The notes: generated from the sequence alone by a model not told the origin. DNA of 64,000 nucleotides from Octopus sinensis (GCF_006345805.1 NW_021834787.1:6829-70828), one strand, 5' to 3'; numbered from the stretch's first letter, positions 36,860 through 51,325 are shown. A program made the numbers and translations.

Positions 36860-38572
36860 GTATATTAATTGTTTGTCGTAGACCCGTTAAGAAGTGGCCT
36901 GTATTTTGCAATAAAGAGAGTTTCTTTACTTATTCGTTGTCTCGAGGTTGTATCGTCCCTAAATTGTAGAGGGGGAAAATCCTGAAGCTTGGTATTTTTT
37001 TGTTGGCGCAAGTATCTATGTGTTGGCTAAAAGCTATTTTCTGTTTTGGGGAATTTTTATCTGGGATCTGTGCAGGGCCATTCGTTTACGCAAACTATTT
37101 TTTGTTTGGCCTATGTACTGCTCTTGACACCCGGAGCAGGTTAGTGAGTATATTAGGTTCTCCGAAGCACATGTGAAGTTGCTTTTCACTGTAAACCGTT
37201 GTCCCTGTTTGAAGGAGAACTCTGATCCCTCAATTAGATAGTCGCATATCCCGCAATTGGGTCTTCCACATTTTTTTACTGTCGGCTTCTGTGTTGAAGA
37301 GTGAATTCGGGCTTGTGTTAGGAGACTTTTCATGGATTTAGGCTGTCTCTTGCTTTTTATGATCGTGTGTGTTTGGAGGATTGTGTTCATTCTGTGGTCT
37401 TTTTTTAGGAGGGGTATGTTGTGGAGGATGGTGCCGAAGGCTTCGTTATTGAGAGGGTTGTGTGTGGAGATGTATGGTAAGGCTTTTGGTTGTAAGTTTT
37501 TCTTTGATTTGGGATGTCTCAGTTCCTTGATGTTAAGTTGAAGGGCACGTTGAATGCACTTGTCAATAAGTGAAGGTGGATAGTTCCTGGTGATAAGGGT
37601 ATCTTTTAGTTCTTGTAGTCGTGTGTCTCTGGTGTTTGCGTTCGAGACTATAGTGCATATCCTTTTTGCTAGGTTGAAGGGGATATTCATCCTGGTGTGT
37701 CTGGGGTGGCATGAATTGAATGGAAGATATTGCTTAGAGTCTGTAGGCTTATAATATATGTCTGTTTCTATTATATTATTAGCTTTCTTAATGAGGATAT
37801 CGAGGAAGGGGAGTTGTTGCTGGCTATATTCCATCGTGAATTGGATGTTTACGTCCAGTCCGTTTAAAATTTCCTGGAATTCTATGAGTTTTTCTATATT
37901 TTTATGCCAAAGGATGAAACAGTCATCTAGATATCTCTTCCAGTTGTTTTCTATGTAGATGGAGAAAGGGCTGCCATATCTTTCTAGAACCTTACGATAC
38001 AGACTGATCTCTAGATATCCTATGACTAGGTTGGCAAAGGAGGGGGCCATTCGTGTACCCATCGCAGTCCCCGATTTTTGTCGGTAGAAGTTGTCATTGA
38101 AGGCGAAGTTATTTTCCAGGATGAATTTAACCCCTTCTATCACGAATTCTTTTTTGATGCGATGTGGTAGTTCGTTGGCGTGATTTTCTAGCCAGAATTG
38201 GATTGCCTCTAGTCCTAGGTTGTGGGGGATATTGGAGTAGAGGTTGACTACATCGAAGGATACCAGTATGGTGTTTTTGTTTGTAGTATTCGGTAGGTGA
38301 TTGAGCATATCTAAGTCGTCCCTTATATAGCTTTTGACATGTTTTAGGAGTGGTTTTAACAGGGTGTCTAAAAAGTTACTGAGGCGGTGGGTTTCGCATG
38401 CGGGACCTGCTATTATGGGTCTCAATTTGAGGTCATTAGGATTAGGGACTTTAATTATTTTGTCTGTAGCTATCTTGCATGCGTTGCTTATTTTCTCACT
38501 TTTGTGGATCTTAGGTATACCGTAGAATTGGCTGGTTTTGCTTGTGAAATTGGTCATATAATCATATTCTTT
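36860..38572 (-). mobile_element. 5'-truncated Neptune-like PLE (RT, Cys-rich linker, GIY-YIG)
   Basis: Stop-free ~510 aa: FYGIPKIHK, LRPII, SFDVVNLYSNIP, GTAMGTRMAP, RYLDDCF, PFLDI, CHP, CGRPNCGIC, LIYSLTCSGCQEQYIGQT; 5' end abuts (TA)n. Confidence 0.92.
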
Positions 38573-38627
38573 GTATATATATATACATAATATATATACA
38601 TAATACACCGATTATATATAATCATAT

Positions 38628-38692
<65 letters not shown>

Positions 38693-38727
38693 GCATACAT
38701 ACATGTATATATGTACATATGTATATA

Positions 38728-38940
38728 TGGGTACAGGACGTCACAAAACGTAAACAACATGAAATACGAAGGCAAACTTGGTTATGCGATCAACGAGAAA
38801 AGAAAATGGAAAACAAGACAAGTAACATAAACAACGACCCTTCATCAGTTGTCGGCTGTTAATCTGCTCCACATTTCGAGCAATTAACGACAATATGAAG
38901 CCTCAAAAAACAGTTGCTCCCGCAAATCTCAAATTTTATT
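38728..38940 (-). mobile_element. PLE pLTR/tail remnant
   Basis: T-rich tail ending ...GACGTCCTGTACCC into (TA)n; similar terminus at ~54408; partial CTGATGAAGGG. Confidence 0.45.
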
Positions 38941-39188
38941 TTGGTTCACGGGTGCAATTTTTTTACGAAGCCTTTCATCCTTTCGGGGATCGATAAATTA
39001 AGTACCAGATGCGCACTGGGGTCAATCTAATCGACTGGCCCTCTCCCCAAAAATTACGGGCCTTGTGCCTAGCGCAGATAAGAATAATTCATGTATGTAT
39101 GTATGTATGTATGTATGTATGTATGTATGTATGTATGTATGTATGTATGTATCCATCTATTTATCTATCTATCTATCTCTCTATCTAC

Positions 39189-40343
39189 GGACGTGCTGTC
39201 ACTTCGGCTCACACGAAAACTATTGACAAAAACAACAGCAACAACAAGAACAACAATAAAAATGAACTATCTAATAGTGAAGATGTTAATACAAAAAAAT
39301 CAACAACACCAGTAAATTTCGCTGACACTCTTCGCCAGAAGAAGGAGATTGTAACATTTACAAATGAAGAGCTCATAGAAACAAGAGCTCTCTTTACAAC
39401 CTGTGGACAAGATTTAGTGCTGCATACACCTCAACACATAAAGCAAGAAATAGAAAATAAGACAATTATTTATAAAACTATAAGAAAAAACAAAAAACTA
39501 AATGAACAGATTACAAAAACGGTCCCATACTATAAAAACCAGAGAGTGAGTCGAATCACTATTAAAAATGTACCTCCCGAGATTCCTAACAAATGGATAA
39601 CAGGGGCAATCTGTTACCATTTAAAAAATATCAACATTTTGGAAACCGCCGTGTACCTTGGCGACATTTGGGGTGGGAAGACAATAGTGGTGACCATAAA
39701 GATTGAGGGGGCCTCTATCGAGAGCCTACCGGATAAGATCCACTTGGAAAATGGGCAATGCCTATATGTTGTAGCAGAAGGCAAAAAGCCTAGATGCTAC
39801 AACTGTGGCAGCCCCGAACATTTAATTGCCAAGTGCGCACTGGTACAGAAAAAACAAGAAAGAACAAATCAGAAAACAAATAAAAAACCCTTGTTGCCAA
39901 CACCAACACCAACACACTCAATTATGGAACAATGCCAAGAAAAACAACAAACCAGCAAACAAACCCCAACAACATCACCAAGAAAAGAAACAGTACCAAC
40001 ACAATCACCGTTGACGTCATAACCAATTAAACATGTTGAATCAACAAAAAATAGACCAACACCCACACCGAGGACGACAATTAAAAAGACAGAAAACAGT
40101 GACGAGAAGACAAATTCTACCCCTAACACGACAACAACACAAACACGCACAAAACATCAACAATTTCTACAAGCATACATATGAACCCAAATGCTTTGCC
40201 TCTACCCCATACTGATACGTCGGACGACGAAAGTTCGACGGAATGGCAAATAGCCACAGGGGGCAAAAGGAAAAGATCCAAAAACTCCACCAAACAAGGA
40301 AGTAAAGCAGGGAGATATCTAACTTCGGACAACATCCCCCTAG
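39189..40343 (+). mobile_element. Tx1/L1-clade element A: deleted 5' copy, >99% identical to element B; ORF1 with CCHC knuckle
   Basis: Begins GGACGTGCTGTCACTTCGGCTC after (TATC)n; RCYNCGSPEHLIAKC; matches 46239-46260 plus 46727-47858. Confidence 0.9.
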
Positions 40344-43300
40344 GGGCAGTTTCAACCCTATTTAATTTGTGTAATTTTCTTCTCGACATTTTGAAACTGT
40401 CGAGAAATTGTATTGTAGAACGCTGGTCGCGTTCCTTTATCGACCAACATTCTCCTAGTTTGGAAACGCTAGGAGAAGACAAAAAGAACTCATGCACGCA
40501 AAGTGCAAACCTAAATGACGTGGCAGTGAACACTGCAACCACTTGCGATAACAGCACTGTCACCACCACCACTAACAACAACAACAACAAGACTACTACT
40601 GCTATCACCACCGCCTCCACCACCACCACCACCACCACCGCCACCTCATCCACTACCTCAACTACCAACAACAACAATAATAACAATGACAACAAGAATA
40701 ATAACATTTGCGCCACCATTTCGACATCTGCTGCCACGGCTGTCTCTTCTGCCACTGACACCACCGCCAACAACAAAAACAACAATAACAACAACAGCAA
40801 TCCCGTTCAGACATTGTCTCCTCCAACAACAAGAACTGAAAAGAATAAACAAAAGACTGTGACCACCAAACAAATTGACAAAAGCTGCTTGAATACAGGG
40901 ATAAACTATGCAAGTAATTTCCACCCCTTCCTACTTGCACAATCAAACCAATACACCGATTTTACCAACTGCAGCAACAACAACATCACTACCAGCAACA
41001 ACAATAACAAAACAACAACAAATTTCGCCGAGGGGATAAAAGAAAAAAAGACAACAGTATATTTTACTGCACCACAAATAAAAGACACGAACATTTTAAT
41101 AACGGAAATAGATGGTATAGTAAAAATAAACATACCACAAGAAATATTAGGAGATGAAAAAAAAGAACAATTATATATAAGATAATTAATAAGAAAACAA
41201 AAAGTCCAGAGAAGGCTAACACAAGCAAAATCGAAAAATGCTTGAAACCCATCTGGAACTACAAAGAGTATGTGACCTGGTGGAACAAGTTCGCACACAT
41301 ACAAGTGGTCTTCCACACTGAAGAGTTAGCAAGACGTTTCTCAACGCTAACTCTTCATTCAGATGAACTTCAACTAACACCAAGCTATCGTGGACAGAAA
41401 GTGACTAAGATCACTTTAAACAATGTCCCAAAAATAGCTAACAATCTATGGCTAGTAAAGGCCTTATGTGTGAAAATGGAAGATTTCACAATTTTAGAAA
41501 GTACGGTCACGGAGCACAAAAACTGGGTGGGACAAAAAGTAGAATTTCTACTACATATAAACCAAGAGGACATAAAGAAAATACCCACCCAGATATGTGT
41601 ATCAGAAGACCACAAGTTGTATGTGGTCGTCGATGGCAGAAGACCACGTTGCTACATATGCGGCAGTGAGCAACACCTAAAAAAAGATTGCAAATCTGCT
41701 GCAAGAAAACAACAGCAACAACAACAGCAGCCGGAAAACACAAATAAACCAGCTTTACTACCCACACCACGTTTTGCACGAACAGGACTAATCACAGAAA
41801 ATCAACAAAAAACAAACCTCACCAACCAAACACCACACCAACTGCACCAAGAACAGAAGCAACACCACCACCAACAACAACCAAGAATAAACCAACTCCC
41901 AAACCAAGGACATCTGCCAAAAAGACACTCATCGAAAATGAAGAAACAATTACTACTCCAAATCCCCACAAAATTGACACCCCAAACAACACAACAATAC
42001 CTACAATCACTCAAACACAAAATACCCACACCCCACCTCCAAAACCGCATACACCACAACCTAACGCTCACCAACCAACACCAACAACAAAATCAACACA
42101 GTCTACAATAGACCCCAATATTTTCCCACTTCCAAGCTCTGATTCTTCTGATTTGTCATTAGACGAAGAAGACACAGAAGATTGGCAAATAGCCACAGGG
42201 GGGAGAAGAAAAAGGGGAAAAAAAGAAAAGAAAAGATAACAAACAAAGGAGGAAGATTCACCACTCCCGAAACAAAAACATCAACAGAAAACAAACACAT
42301 CAACACAAACACACCATCATCAAACTCCCCAACAATGTTGACAGCCATAAACACAAACAACCACGACCTAATGGAACACATTAGGTCAAACACCAAGATA
42401 ACTGAAAACGACATAAAAACAAGTAACCACCCACGCACAACACCACCACAACACATTAAAATAATACACGTAACACAGAACACATACAGCACCCTGAAAT
42501 CTCTTTACCCTGATGCAGTAGGGAGATATCAAAAGTACTCATCAAAGAAACTATACAAAAACCTCATGGAAGAAGACTGTGAGGTGAAAAACAAAGGACT
42601 TTCGAACAAGTAACCTTTTCTCTCTCTCTTTCCTTTTTTGCACTTTCTTTTCGTGTGTAAAACACAATTTTTTATCGGAACATGCTCAGAATAGGCAGTA
42701 TAAATGTACGTGGCTTGGGGTCGCCTTGGAAACAAGGCTACCTGTTAAATGACATCAAATCACTAAATCTGAATATTATAGCCATCAGTGAGACCAAAAC
42801 TCCACAGCTTGCGGGCACTCCAGCACAGTTTCGGTACACATTTCAACATTTATTTTTCTCTGTGTCTACCGAGAATGGGCGGAGGTGGCACCGCGATGCT
42901 TCTCCGGAAGAGTCTGGATCTCAAAGTAAGAGTAATTTTCCTAGACCCGGAGGGTAGGCCAATGTGGACATGGAGTAACCGCATCGGGTCGTCCAGATCA
43001 TACTTAGATAGAGTATTCTGTAGGATAATGGATAAAAATAGTGTAGGTTGTCCACAATTTCATATAGTCAGTTACACAGATCACAAGTTTGTGACTTGTA
43101 CACTTGACTTAGATAAGACACATAGGCAGGGTCCTGGTTACTGGAAACTGAACGCGTCTTTTACAGCACGACAGGTTTACAGGGACCGGATCAGCACATT
43201 AGTTAAGAGAGCTTTGACGGGTACCATCATCAACAACAGATGGTGGTATGCCCTAAAAAAAGCAATTAAAGCAGAATCAGTCAGATACAGTAAAGCCCTA

Positions 43301-46134
43301 GCATTAGACCGAAATAGAATAGAGGGAGAATTAGTTAAGGTTTTAGAAGAGGCACTTAGAACTGGCATCGCGTCCAACGTGCTGGCGGCGAGATTGGCCC
43401 TCGACCAACACCTCAACGCCAAACACGAGGGATGCGTTGTCAGAGCTAGGATGCGTGCTCTGAGGAACGAAGGAGTTGGAGCCGCCCAAGAGGCCGAGTG
43501 GTGGAGACGCAACGAGGCAACAGAGCCACCATCAAGTCTCTTATAGATGAACAGGGGCGCGAATTGCTCGAGCCTAAAAGGATGTGTGGGGCTTTTCAAC
43601 AACACTTCACCCAACTGTTGGGACAAGTGGTGGTCAGAACGCAGAGTGGACTTTAGTGCCTACCTGCATGCCTTGCCACGACTCTCAGCAAGAGAGGTGG
43701 AGTCTTGTGAAAGGCCTATCACAGCTGCGGACGTACAGGATGCGATGGTAGGCTGCGCGAGAGACAAGTCACCAGTCTTGGATGGTCTGCCCTACGAACT
43801 TTATTTTCATATGCCAGACTTGTTTGGAGGCATCTTGGCAGCTGTCTACTGCAACTGGCAGCAAAACGGGAGTATTCCTGCTTTTGTAAAGCGAGGAGCA
43901 GTGGCACTGATTAAGAAAGACCCAAACAAGGGTGACATCATAGATAATTTCAGGCCCATCACTCTGCTCAACGCAGATTTGAAAATTTTGGCCAAGGTGT
44001 TAGCCGGGAGGTTGGCGCTTGTCATCAAGAAACTAATCGACAAGGCGCAAACATGCGCCGTGCCGGGTAGAAGTATTCATGACAACCTCCATCTGATGCG
44101 CTACATCATAGACAGGGTAGTTAAGAATCCTGGCATGGGTGGGGCGCTGATCAATTTGGATCAATCAAAAGCTTTCGATAGGGTAGACCATCACTACTTG
44201 GAGGCTGTCCTTAAAGCGGCTGGTTTCAGTCCAGTTTTCCGCGGTTGGATCGCTGCCTTATACAGCGGCATCCGCTCAGTAGTTCGCGTAAATGGTCATC
44301 TATCCAGACCTTTTAACAACATGCGTTCGGTTCGTCAGGGATGCCCCCTCTCATCGCTGCTGTATGTATTGACTCTTGAGCCACTACTGCGGAAACTGGC
44401 GACGCTGAGGGGCATCCCACGAGAGCTGGGATGCGGGACGAGCGTGTCTGCATACGCGGATGACGTCACCGTCATAGTGTCGAGCTACGAGCACATTGAG
44501 CTGGTCGGCGAGACACTAAAAGAATACGAAGCGGTAACGGGAGCAAAAATTAACCGGGAAAAGTCAGTGGACTTGCGGCTCGGCACCTGGTGAAGCAGGC
44601 CCATGCCGTCCAACAGCGTCTCCATCGTGGGACGCTGGACGGACGGACCGGTTAAATTGCTCGGGGTCTGGTTCGGTCCGGACCTCCAAATGGAGAACTG
44701 GGGCGAGATAACAACTAGGGTGGCTACTCTCACCCAGAAATGGGCTGAGAGAAAGCTATCCCTAAAAGGTCGGGCGGAGGTGGCGAACGCGTACATCGCA
44801 TCCGTCATCGAGTATCGTCTGACCGTCGTGCCTTGTCCCGACCCTACCATCACCAAACTAGAACGTATACTCTTCCGCTTCTTGTGGAAGGGAAACGTTC
44901 CGATGGTTAGGCGATCCATTTGCTGTCAACACCCGCTAAATGGAGGGCTGGGCATACCGTGGTTGATGATGCGCAGACATGCGCTGAGACTGCGACATCT
45001 CCGGCGCTTCATAGACAACGGTGAACAGGTGTGGTCGCCTTTTGTGCGGCGCGCTTTCCCGCAGCTCGTCTCCTTGGACGAACTACAGTCATGGATCAAG
45101 CAGAGACCGAGGCTAGGCGAATGGCACCGCGAGTGTCGCGTTGCTCTCAAGCAACTCTGCCGTCCGGGATCGAACTTGTGCGACTCCATCACAACAAAGG
45201 CATTCTATAGAGGATTAGTGGAGGGGAGGTGCGACGACGAACTCGGGCAGAGTCTGGGCGTCGACGAGGAACACCTGACCCGCCTGTTCAGGACAACTTT
45301 CGGGCCGGGACCTATGAACAATCACCAAAGATCCCTGGCCTGGCAGTGCTATCGAGAAGCATTACCTGTTCGGGATAAGCTCTACAGACACGGTTCCAGA
45401 CACACTGGACCGACTTGCCCGAGATGCGGTCAGAGCGACGGAACCGTTCTGCACGCACTCGTGCAATGTCCAACCATTTCAGACCTGTGGGCTTATGCCG
45501 AACGGCTGCTGTCTCGTGTGGGACGAATCCGCCTATCGGCCGAGTCTATTGTGAGAATTGCTCCGCCCCCTTCCCTCAACCGGGAAGGCAAGGCAGTTTT
45601 CATCGTACTGGTGGCCATGGTGAAAGAACGTGTGTGGTGGACCCGAGCGAAAGGATTAGAGACAAACACTTACCTCTCTGGCCAATCGCTCATCAACTTT
45701 TTCAAGTACCACTTGAAAAGGAAGGTGAGAATGGAGAGGGAAGTTTTGTCTCGCGAAAGATTCAAAAAAAGATGGGTGAATGTTGCAAATATGGTGCGTG
45801 CGAGTGACGAAACCATTTTGAGCATGATACTGTAGATCGTAAAAAAGAAAGAAAGAGAGCATTTTGATCTCATGTGGTTATTTCCTCCCTGACTGAGGTT
45901 CCCGTGGTCTTTTCTGTAGGCTTTTCTTCCCACGGATGAACCCAATCTTGTTTTATCAATGTTTTTATCATTATTTCTGTGATACACGATTTCTTTTCTT
46001 TTTTTTCCTCCTCTCGATCCCTTTTGATCGAAATCTTACATTTATTTTATTTTCTTTTCCACCCTCGAAAAGAAAAGCCCTGCATTTGTATTTGTCCCCT
46101 TTGTATTCAGCCCTGTGTGGCTAATAAAAGAAAG
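40337..46134 (+). mobile_element. Tx1/L1-clade element C: ORF1 (CCHC) + ORF2 (APE-RT-Cys), frameshifted, 3' end intact
   Basis: RCYICGSEQHLKKDC; INVRGL...AISET; SRSYLDRV; SDH-like YTDH; FRPITLLNADLKILAKV; LDQSKAFDRV; RQGCPLS; AYADDV; CPRC...HALVQC; AATAAA at 46123-46128. Confidence 0.93.
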
Positions 46135-46238
<104 letters not shown>

Positions 46239-49200
46239 GGACGTGCTGTCACTTCGGCTCCGAAGGTAATCGCTTATTTTGACTATTTATAGCCCATATT
46301 TTGTGTACATTTTTGCAAATAAGGTGTGTAAGGCACCCAACTTTCGTTTGAGTGCTTTTCCAAGGGAGGAATTCGCCCCTAGGGGCAGTTTCAACCCCAT
46401 TTCATTTCTGTAATTTTCTTCTCAACATTAAAAAATGTCGAGAAATTTTATTGTAGAACGCTGGTCGCGTTCTTTTATGGACCAGCATTTTCCTAGTCTG
46501 GAAACGCTAGAAGAAAAAAAGAACGTACGCACGCAAAGTGTAAACATGAATATCGGTGGAATGAACGCTGCAACCACGTGCGGTAACAGCCCTGTCACCA
46601 CCACCACTACCACTAACAACAGCAACCACGAGACTACTACTGCTACCGCCACCACCTCCACCACCACCACCACCACCACCACCACCACCACTACCACGAC
46701 CAACATAAATGATAAAAATAAAACTCACACGAAAACTATTGACAAAAACAACAGCAACAACAAGAACAACAATAAAAATGAACTATCTAATAGTGAAGAT
46801 GTTAATACAAAAAAATCAACAACACCAGTAAATTTCGCTGACACTCTTCGCCAGAAGAAGGAGATTGTAACATTTACAAATGAAGAGCTCATAGAAACAA
46901 GAGCTCTCTTTACAACCTGTGGACAAGATTTAGTGCTGCATACACCTCAACACATAAAGCAAGAATAGAAAATAAGACAATTATTTATAAAACTATAAGA
47001 AAAAACAAAAAACTAAACGAACAGATTACAAAAACGGTCCCATACTATAAAAACCAGAGAGTGAGTCGAATCACTATTAAAAATGTACCTCCCGAGATTC
47101 CTAACAAATGGATAACAGGGGCAATCTGTTACCATTTAAAAAATATCAACATTTTGGAAACCGCCGTGTACCTTGGCGACATTTGGGGTGGGAAGACAAT
47201 AGTGGTGACCATAAAGATTCAGGGGGCCTCTATCGAGAGCCTACCGGATAAGATCCACTTGGAAAATGGGCAATGCCTATATGTTGTAGCAGAAGGCAAA
47301 AAGCCTAGATGCTACAACTGTGGCAGCCCCGAACATTTAATTGCCAAGTGCGCACTGGTACAGAAAAAACAAGAAAGAACAAATCAGAAAACAAATAAAA
47401 AACCCTTGTTGCCAACACCAACACCAACACACTCAATTATGAACAATGCCAAGAAAAACAACAAACCAGCAAACAAACCCCAACAACATCACCAAGAAAA
47501 GAAACAGTACCAACACAATCACCGTTGACGTCATAACCAATTAAACATGTTGAATCAACAAAAAATAGACCAACACCCACACCGAGGACGACAATTAAAA
47601 AGACAGAAAACAGTGACGAGAAGACAAATTCTACCCCTAACACGACAACAACACAAACACCGCACAAAACATCAACAATTTCTACAAGCATACATATGAA
47701 CCCAAATGCTTTGCCTCTACCCCATACTGATACGTCGGACGACGAAAGTTCGACGGAATGGCAAATAGCCACAGGGGGTAAAAGGAAAAGATCCAAAAAC
47801 TCCACCAAACAAGGAAGTAAAGCAGGGAGATATCTAACTTCGGACAACATCCCCCTAGACAATCAAAAAAGCAATGAAACCGTAAAACCACACACACAAC
47901 TAACTGCAATAGACATTGACAATAAAGAATTAATGGACTACATCACATCCAGCACGGTCATCTGTGAAGATGACTTTAAGACAAACAATCATCCGCACAC
48001 CACACCACCGAAACACATCAGAATTTTACACATAACACAAGCACAACACCACATACTGAAAACAATATTTCCGAATGCGGTAGGCGGGTTTCAACGATAC
48101 CTGTCGAAAAAACTATACAAACATCTCATCAAAACAATACAAAAGTAGAAGAAAAAAATGAAACTTTTAAAATGAGTAAGTGACCACCCCTCTTGCCTCT
48201 TGTCTCTTCTAATGTAGTGTGTAAAACACAATTTTCGTAAATGTCAAGTATGCTTAAATTAGGTTGCGTGAATGCGCGTGGCTTGGCGTCGGCTTGCAAG
48301 CAAGGTTACCTTCTAAACGACATCAAGTCACTGAATGTGGATATAGTAGCTATCAGTGAAACCAGACTCAGTAAGCCGCGGGCCCTCGAGTCCATGTTTG
48401 GCAATCAATTTGACATTTATTTTTCTCCCTGTCTGCCGAACATGGGTGGTGGAGTTACCGCGGTGCTTTTTCGAAAGAGTCTAAATGTAAAAGTAAGAGC
48501 AATATTCCTAGACCCGGAGGGTAGGCTGGTTGTCTTGGACGTGGATGGCAGAAATGGGTGTGCATTCCGTCTGATGGCAGTTTATGCACCGTCCTTAACG
48601 GGTCGGGCGGATTTCTTCAGACGTCTAGAGGTTTTCCTGGGTACGTCTAGACCTTTACTGTTAGTAGGGGATTGGAACGCTACCTTAGACACGCATCTAG
48701 ATTATGTAGGAAGGGATAGGAATAGAAGGGGGTGTAAGAGCCTCAAAGACCTGCTCAGACGTTTCCATTTGTCTGACAGGTTCCGACTCGACCATCCGAA
48801 CGTGCCAACGTGGACTTGGACAAACCGCGTCGGATCGTCGAGATCTTATCTAGATAGAATTCTATGCAGGACAGCGGATAGGGATAGTGTAGGATGTCCA
48901 CAATTTAAAATAGTCAGCTACACAGATCACAAATTTGTTACGTGTACGCTCGACTTAGATAAAACACATAGGTAGGGTCCCGGTTACTGGAAACTGAACA
49001 CGTCGCTGTTAGCGCGACAGGTTTACAGGAACCGGATTAGCGAGTTAATTAAGAGGGGGCTGACGGGAGCCGTCGTTAACAACCGCTGGTGGTACGCCCT
49101 GAAAATGGCAATAAAATCGGAATCAATTAGGTTTAGCAAGGAATTAGCGATAGAACGAAATAGAGTAGAGGGAGACTTGGTTAAGAAACTAGAAGAGGCA

Positions 49201-51053
49201 CTTACCACTGGCAGCGCAACCAACGTGCTGGCTGCGAGGATGGCCCTCGACCAACACCTCAACGCCAAGAACGAAGGTTGAGTCGTCAGAGCTAAAATGC
49301 GTGCCTTAAGGAAGGAAGGGATCGAAGCTGTTCGAGAGGCCCGTGTAGCGGAGGCGCAGCGTGGAAACAGAGCCACAATTCGGTCTCTAATAGATCAACA
49401 GGGATGCAGTTTACTCGAACCCGAAAGGATGTGTGAGGCCTTTCAACAGCACTTTGCTCGACTGTTTGGTGCGAGTGGTGGGTCGGAACGCGGGATGGAT
49501 TTCAGTGTCTACCTGACCGACCTGCCGCGGCTCTCGGCAAGAGAAGCGGAGTGTTGTGAAAGTCCCACCACAGCCGCTGACGTGTGGGATGCGATGGCGG
49601 GCTGCGCGGGGGATAAGTCGCCTGGATTGGATGGTTTACCCTACGAGCTGTATTGTCAAATGCCAGACTTATTTGGCGACCTCTTGGCATCAGTCTACTG
49701 CAACTGGCAACAAAACGGGAGAATCCCCGGTTTCGTGAGCCGAGGTGCAGTGACGTTGCTGAAGAAAGTCCCAAACAAGGGGAATTTTATAGATAATTTC
49801 AGGCCCATCACTCTGCTCAACGCAGATTTGAAAATTTTGGCCAAAGTAATAGGCGAGAGGTTGGCGCTTGTCATTGGTAAACTGGTCGACAGGGCGCAAA
49901 CATGCGCCGTGCCGGGCAGAACCATACATGACAACCTCCATCTGATGCGCTACATTGTGGACAGGGTAGTTAAGGATCCTGGCATGGGTGGGGCGCTGAT
50001 AAATTTGGATCAGTCTAAAGCCTTTGATAGGGTCGACCATCGGTACTTGGCGGCCGTCCTCAGGGCGGCTGGCTTCGGTCCCGTCTTCCGCGGTTGGATC
50101 GCTGCCTTGCATAGCGGCATCTGATCGGTGATTCGGGTGAACGTTCACCTGTCGAAACCGTTTGATATCACGCGTTCGGTCCGTCAGGGGTGTCCCCTGT
50201 CGGCGCTTCTGTATGTATTGACTCTCGAGCCGCTACTGCGGAAGCTGGCGACACTGAGGGGCATCCCACGGGAACTGGGTTGTGGGACGAGCATGTCGGC
50301 ATATGCGGACGATGTCACCGTCATAGTGTCGAGCGACAAACACATCAAGATGATAGGCGAGACACTAAGAAAATACGAAACGGTGACGAGAGTAAAGATT
50401 AACCCGGAAAAGTCAGTGGGTTTGCTACTCGGCACCTGGAGAAGCAAGCCCATGCCGTCCGACTGCGGATCAGTAGTGGGACGCTGGACGGACGGACCGG
50501 TTAAATTGCTCGGGGTCTGGTTCAGTCCGGACCTCCAAATGGATAAGAACTGGGACGAGATCACGAGTAGAGTGATCGCTCTCAACCAACATGGGCCGAG
50601 AGAAAGCTGTCTCTAAAAGGCCGGGCGGAGGTGACGAACGCGTACATCTCATCCGTCATCGATTACCGCCTGACCATCGTACCTTGTCCCGACGCCACCA
50701 TCACCAAACTGGAACGCATACTCTTCCTCTTCCTGTTGAAGGGTGGCGTTCCGATGGTGAGGAAGTCCATTTGCTGTCAACATCCGTTGAATGGAGGACT
50801 GGGCATGCCGTGGTTGATGATGCGCAGGCATGCGCTGAGACTGCGACATCTCTGGAACTTCATCGACGACGGTGAACAGGTGTGGGCGCCGTTTGTGAGG
50901 TGCGACTTCCCGCAGCTCGTCTCACTGACCGAACTGCAAACGTGGATCAAAAAGAGACCGAAACTGGGCGATTGGCACCGAGAGTGTCGCCAAGCTCTAC
51001 AGCAGCTCTGCCGACCGGGGTCAAACTTGTGCAACTTACAAACGACTAAAGCG
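46239..51053 (+). mobile_element. Tx1/L1-clade element B: 5' end intact, ORF1 + ORF2 with stops, 3' truncated
   Basis: ORF2 from 48241 with full APE (GDWN, SYLD, YTDH) and RT motifs; in-frame stops at 48973, 49279, 50122. Confidence 0.93.
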
Positions 51054-51325
51054 TGACGGGGACATAAACACACCAGCATCGGTTGTCAAGCAATGCTAAG
51101 GGGACAAACAGAGACACACAAACACACACACATACACATATATATATACATACATAAATACGACAGCCTTCTTTCAGTTTCCTTCTACCAAATCCACTCA
51201 CAAGGCATTGGTCGGCCCGGGGCTATAGCAGAAGACACTTGCCCAAGATGCCACGCAGTGGGACTGAACCCGGAACCATGTGGTTGGTTAGCAAGCTACT
51301 TACCACACAGCCACTCCTGCGCCTA
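51054..51325 (-). mobile_element. SINE-A lacking its 3' tail, fused to truncated Tx1 element B
   Basis: Head at 51325; the body joins directly to Tx1 ORF2. Confidence 0.85.
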
